From: an uncultured Acidobacteriota bacterium
Lineage (GTDB): Bacteria; Acidobacteriota; Thermoanaerobaculia; Multivoradales; UBA5704
DNA length: 64,000 nucleotides
NCBI GenBank assembly: GCA_963770895.1
Contig: CAVYRF010000001.1
Coordinates: 704,481 to 768,480, forward strand
Direction: 5' to 3'
In this document: piece by piece, positions 60,173-64,000 of the stretch
How the letters are laid out: each line of letters opens with the position of its first letter
How positions within the stretch are numbered: the first letter of the stretch is position 1
Translations under genes and position numbers: made by a program
Notes under the pieces: generated by a model
Seen by the model: the letters and a program-made list of their open reading frames with translations, nothing else
What the model was told of the DNA's origin: nothing
The model's database searches: none

Positions 60173-61063
60173 TCACGGCTCCGGCCAGCTGGCCAGGATG
60201 GCGCGGTACCAGGCCAGCCGGAAGGCGGCGACCGCCGGCAGCGACCGCCAGCAGGGGAGCAGCATCGGGTGGCGAAGAAAGATCGACGCGGCGCCGATCC
60301 ACGCCTTGAGCGGCGCCGCCAGGCGCAGGCGGCGGCGGGTCGCCCAGGTGGCGCCGGTGGCGAAGGCGCCGGGGTGGCGGGCCAGGAACTCCCGGAAGTG
60401 CCGGCCGTACCAGGCGGCGTGCCCTTCGAGATCGCGGCGGCTGGCGCGCACGGCGGCGTGCTCGACGACGGCGCCGGGCACGAAGGCGGTGGCCAGGCCG
60501 GCGGCGCGGGCGCGCAGCACCCAATCGTGGTCTTCGCTGGTCGGCAGCGCTTCGTCGAACGGCCCGACGCGCTCCCAGGCGTCGCGGCGGACCGCCAGGT
60601 TGAGGCTGCCCAGCGGGCGCCGCGTGTCGGCCTCCGCCGGGCGGTCGGGCAGCAGCGGGTGAAACGAGGCGATGTTGTCGGCCAGCGCCCAGCGCGCGGC
60701 GCCGCGGCGGGCGTCGCGTCCGCGGGCGAAGGTGACGGCGCCGCCGGCGATCGGCGCGCCGGCCAGCGCCGCCGCCAGCTCGCTCACCCAGCCGGCGGCG
60801 GGGCGGCAGTCCGCGTCGGTGAACAGCAGCAGGTCGCCGCGCGCCGCCACGACGCCGCGGTTGCGCGCCGCCGCCGGGTTGAGCCGCTCCGGCGTTTCGA
60901 CGAAGCGCACCGCCCCGTCGCGCGGCACCGCCCCCGGCGCGTCGCGCCCCACCACCACCACCTCCACCCCCTGGCCCGGCGCCCCCTGCGCGGCGAGCGC
61001 CGCGAGGGTCGCGCCGACCAGCGGCGAATCCAGGTTGGGCACCACGACGCTGATCAGGGGCAT
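60173..61063 (-). CDS. GT2-family glycosyltransferase
   Basis: 296-aa ORF. Signature lines are ISVVVPNLDS, NRGVVAARGDLLLFTDADC (DxD) and SEDHDWVLR. Confidence 0.85.
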   Translation of the reverse strand: MPLISVVVPNLDSPLVGATLAALAAQGAPGQGVEVVVVGRDAPGAVPRDGAVRFVETPERLNPAAARNRGVVAARGDLLLFTDADCRPAAGWVSELAAALAGAPIAGGAVTFARGRDARRGAARWALADNIASFHPLLPDRPAEADTRRPLGSLNLAVRRDAWERVGPFDEALPTSEDHDWVLRARAAGLATAFVPGAVVEHAAVRASRRDLEGHAAWYGRHFREFLARHPGAFATGATWATRRRLRLAAPLKAWIGAASIFLRHPMLLPCWRSLPAVAAFRLAWYRAILASWPEP

Positions 61064-61190
61064 GTCCGGTTCGAGTCGATAGCGCCTGGCGGGTGGGGCG
61101 CGATCCGCGAGCGATGGGTCCAGGGCCGGCCGCCTGCGCTGACCGGTGCCGGACCAGGCGGCCGCCGCGGTGGACCGCGGCGGCGGCGCG

Positions 61191-62294
<1,104 letters not shown>

Positions 62295-62545
62295 CGGCTC
62301 CCTTTCTGAAGCACGCTCGCCGGCGCGCCCCGGCTGCTGCTGGCCGCGCCGCGGCTGAATGGTAAAGGACCTGGACCTGGACGCGGAGCCCGCACCGACG
62401 AGAACCCGGCAGCCCGCCGGGCTGGGTCGGGAGGGATCGATGCCGGGCACTGCAGACCGCCACCTGATGCCCCTCCCTGGAAGGGCGAACTGCGGCGAAG
62501 TGTAGCCCAGCCGGTCAGGCGCGGCAACGCCGGGGGACTATGCGC

Positions 62546-63646
62546 TCAGGACGTGGGAGCGGCCACGGCCGGGGGAGCGGCGCCGGCGCCGCCGCCCAGC
62601 TCGGCCAGCAGCATCGCGGCCAGGATGAGGGCGCCGCCGAAGGTCAGCGCGGGCGTCCACGACTCGCGGCCGACGGCGACCGAAAAGACGGCGGCGACGA
62701 CCGGCTCGGCGGCCAGCAGCAGCACCGTGTCGGTCGCGGGCAGGTGGCGCTGGGCGTACAGCTGGCACAGGTAGGCCAGCACCGTGCCGGCGAGCGCCGT
62801 CAAGCCGATGGCGAACAGGGCGAAGGGCGTCGCCTCGCCGGCGCGCGGCGGCGCCAGCAGCAGCGACGGCGCGGCGAGCAGCGCGACCACCGCGAACTGC
62901 GCCACCGCCAGGGCGGTCAGCGACATGGCGCCGCGGCGCAGCACGCGCTCGATGCCGACGATGTGCAGCGAAAACGCCAGGGTGCCGGCCAGGGTCAGGG
63001 CGTCGCCGCGCCCGAAGGTCCAGTCGCCGTGCAGCCCCGCCGGCCGGTACAGCAGGTAGAGGCCGGCGGCGGCGCACAGCACCCCGGCGGCCGGTCCGGC
63101 CCGCCGGCGCGGCGCGGCGCCGACAGCGGCCGCCAGGCCGGCGCCGCGTCCCATCCGCAGGGAGAGCCAGGCGAGCGGCGGCACCAGGACGACGGCAAGG
63201 CCGGTCAAAAAAGCCGAACGCGACGGAGTGGTCCACAGCAGGCCGCTCGTCTGCAGCGCGAAGCCGGCGAACAGCAGCAAACCCAGGATGGCGCCCTGGG
63301 TCAGCAGCTCCTTGGCCGGACCAGCGCCGCCCGCCCTGGGGCCGGGTTCCAGGGCGCCGCCGGCACGGCGGGCGAGCGCCACCGGCAGCAGCAGCAGGGT
63401 CGCCAGGCTGAAGCGGTACGCCAGGAAGTGAAAGATCTGCACGTCGGCCAGGGCGCGCTGCACGACGGTGAACGAGGTGCCCCAGATCACCGTCGCGCCG
63501 AACAGGGCCAACCGCGCCAGCAGCCGCGCGTGCGCCGCCGGCGCCGCCGTGCGCGCCCCGCCCGTGGCGCCGGCCGCGGGCGCCGCGCCGCCCAGGTCCC
63601 CCGCCCCCGCTCCTGCCTCCGCCCCCTCCCCCTCCCCCTCTGACAT
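62546..63646 (-). CDS. DMT superfamily (EamA-like) transporter
   Basis: About 10 hydrophobic segments, with FGATVIWGTSFTVVQ near the start. A low-complexity N-terminal extension makes the exact start uncertain. Confidence 0.8.
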   Translation of the reverse strand: MSEGEGEGAEAGAGAGDLGGAAPAAGATGGARTAAPAAHARLLARLALFGATVIWGTSFTVVQRALADVQIFHFLAYRFSLATLLLLPVALARRAGGALEPGPRAGGAGPAKELLTQGAILGLLLFAGFALQTSGLLWTTPSRSAFLTGLAVVLVPPLAWLSLRMGRGAGLAAAVGAAPRRRAGPAAGVLCAAAGLYLLYRPAGLHGDWTFGRGDALTLAGTLAFSLHIVGIERVLRRGAMSLTALAVAQFAVVALLAAPSLLLAPPRAGEATPFALFAIGLTALAGTVLAYLCQLYAQRHLPATDTVLLLAAEPVVAAVFSVAVGRESWTPALTFGGALILAAMLLAELGGGAGAAPPAVAAPTS

Positions 63647-63655
63647 CGCGACGGC

Positions 63656-64000
63656 TCAGAGCTTGCCCAGGGCGGCCAGGACCTCGGCGTCGTGGCCGTC
63701 CACGTTGACGCGCTTCCAGACCTTGCTCACCCGGCCCTGGCGATCGATGAGGAAGGTCGAGCGCTGGATGCCCATCGACTTCTTGCCGTACATGTTCTTT
63801 TCGCGCCAGGCGCCGTAGGCGTCCGCGACGTGATGGTCGGGGTCCGCCAGCAGCGGGAAGTTGAGGCTGAACTTGTCGCGGAACTTGCCGTGGCTCGCGG
63901 TGTCGTCCGGCGAGACGCCCAACACGACGGCGCCGTGCGCCGCCAGGTCCGATTTGCGGTCGCGGAAGGCGCACGCCTCGCGGGTGCACCCCGGCGTGTC
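63656..64000 (-). CDS. bcp: thioredoxin-dependent peroxiredoxin Bcp, partial (5' end beyond the window)
   Basis: Hand translation from nt 64000 downward gives DTPGCTREACAFRDRKSDLAAHGAVVLGVSPDDTASHGKFRDKFSLNFPLLADPDHHVADAYGAW...STFLIDRQGRV. TPGCT is the peroxidatic Cys motif. The ORF track shows only the part from an internal Met. Confidence 0.85.
   Translation of the reverse strand, partial: DTPGCTREACAFRDRKSDLAAHGAVVLGVSPDDTASHGKFRDKFSLNFPLLADPDHHVADAYGAWREKNMYGKKSMGIQRSTFLIDRQGRVSKVWKRVNVDGHDAEVLAALGKL

Overview
Very GC-rich bacterial chromosomal window (by eye about 70 percent or more; not computed). It is densely coding: I can support about 45 protein genes, many joined by 4-nt ATGA/GTGA start-stop overlaps. 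I recognised no rRNA, tRNA or CRISPR array. Left to right: (1) a partial secreted cupredoxin-fold gene at 1-1026 that the ORF track missed. (2) A kaiC-kaiB-hybrid histidine kinase operon; KaiC has a long C-terminal coiled-coil tail and there is no kaiA. (3) A glycan-type block: GT9, a P-loop kinase, two tandem PhyH dioxygenases and an FkbM methyltransferase::GT1 fusion. (4) A copper/thiol-redox block: two SCO proteins, a cytochrome c::solute-binding fusion, a methyltransferase and a TlpA-like thioredoxin. It is followed by a stand-alone 42-aa RiPP-precursor-like gene with its own RBS and hairpin. (5) A 12.3 kb trimodular NRPS with an extra N-terminal carrier domain (T-C-A-T-C-A-T-C-A-T-TE). 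(6) RHH, Usp, MntH, VOC and DtxR-family genes, plus a 30-bp perfect inverted repeat element. (7) The most unusual part: two convergent operons at 38.5-53.4 kb. They encode four cobalamin-type (class B) radical SAM enzymes in two paralogue pairs, one SPASM-type radical SAM and two methyltransferases. They also encode an HPr-kinase-like kinase, a PF14907-like nucleotidyltransferase, a GT1, a sulfotransferase-like protein and a 101-aa Gly/Ser/Thr-rich small protein. I know of no described system with this gene set. (8) An adjacent EPS-type cluster: BNR protein, acetyltransferase, deacetylase, GT4, flippase and GT2. (9) A Leu/Phe/Val dehydrogenase, an EamA transporter and a partial bcp. A recurrent theme is in-frame low-complexity tandem repeats inserted into enzymes. 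The many long Arg/Pro/Gly-rich ORFs in alternative frames are GC artefacts. All family assignments come from motif reading by eye; no searches were run.
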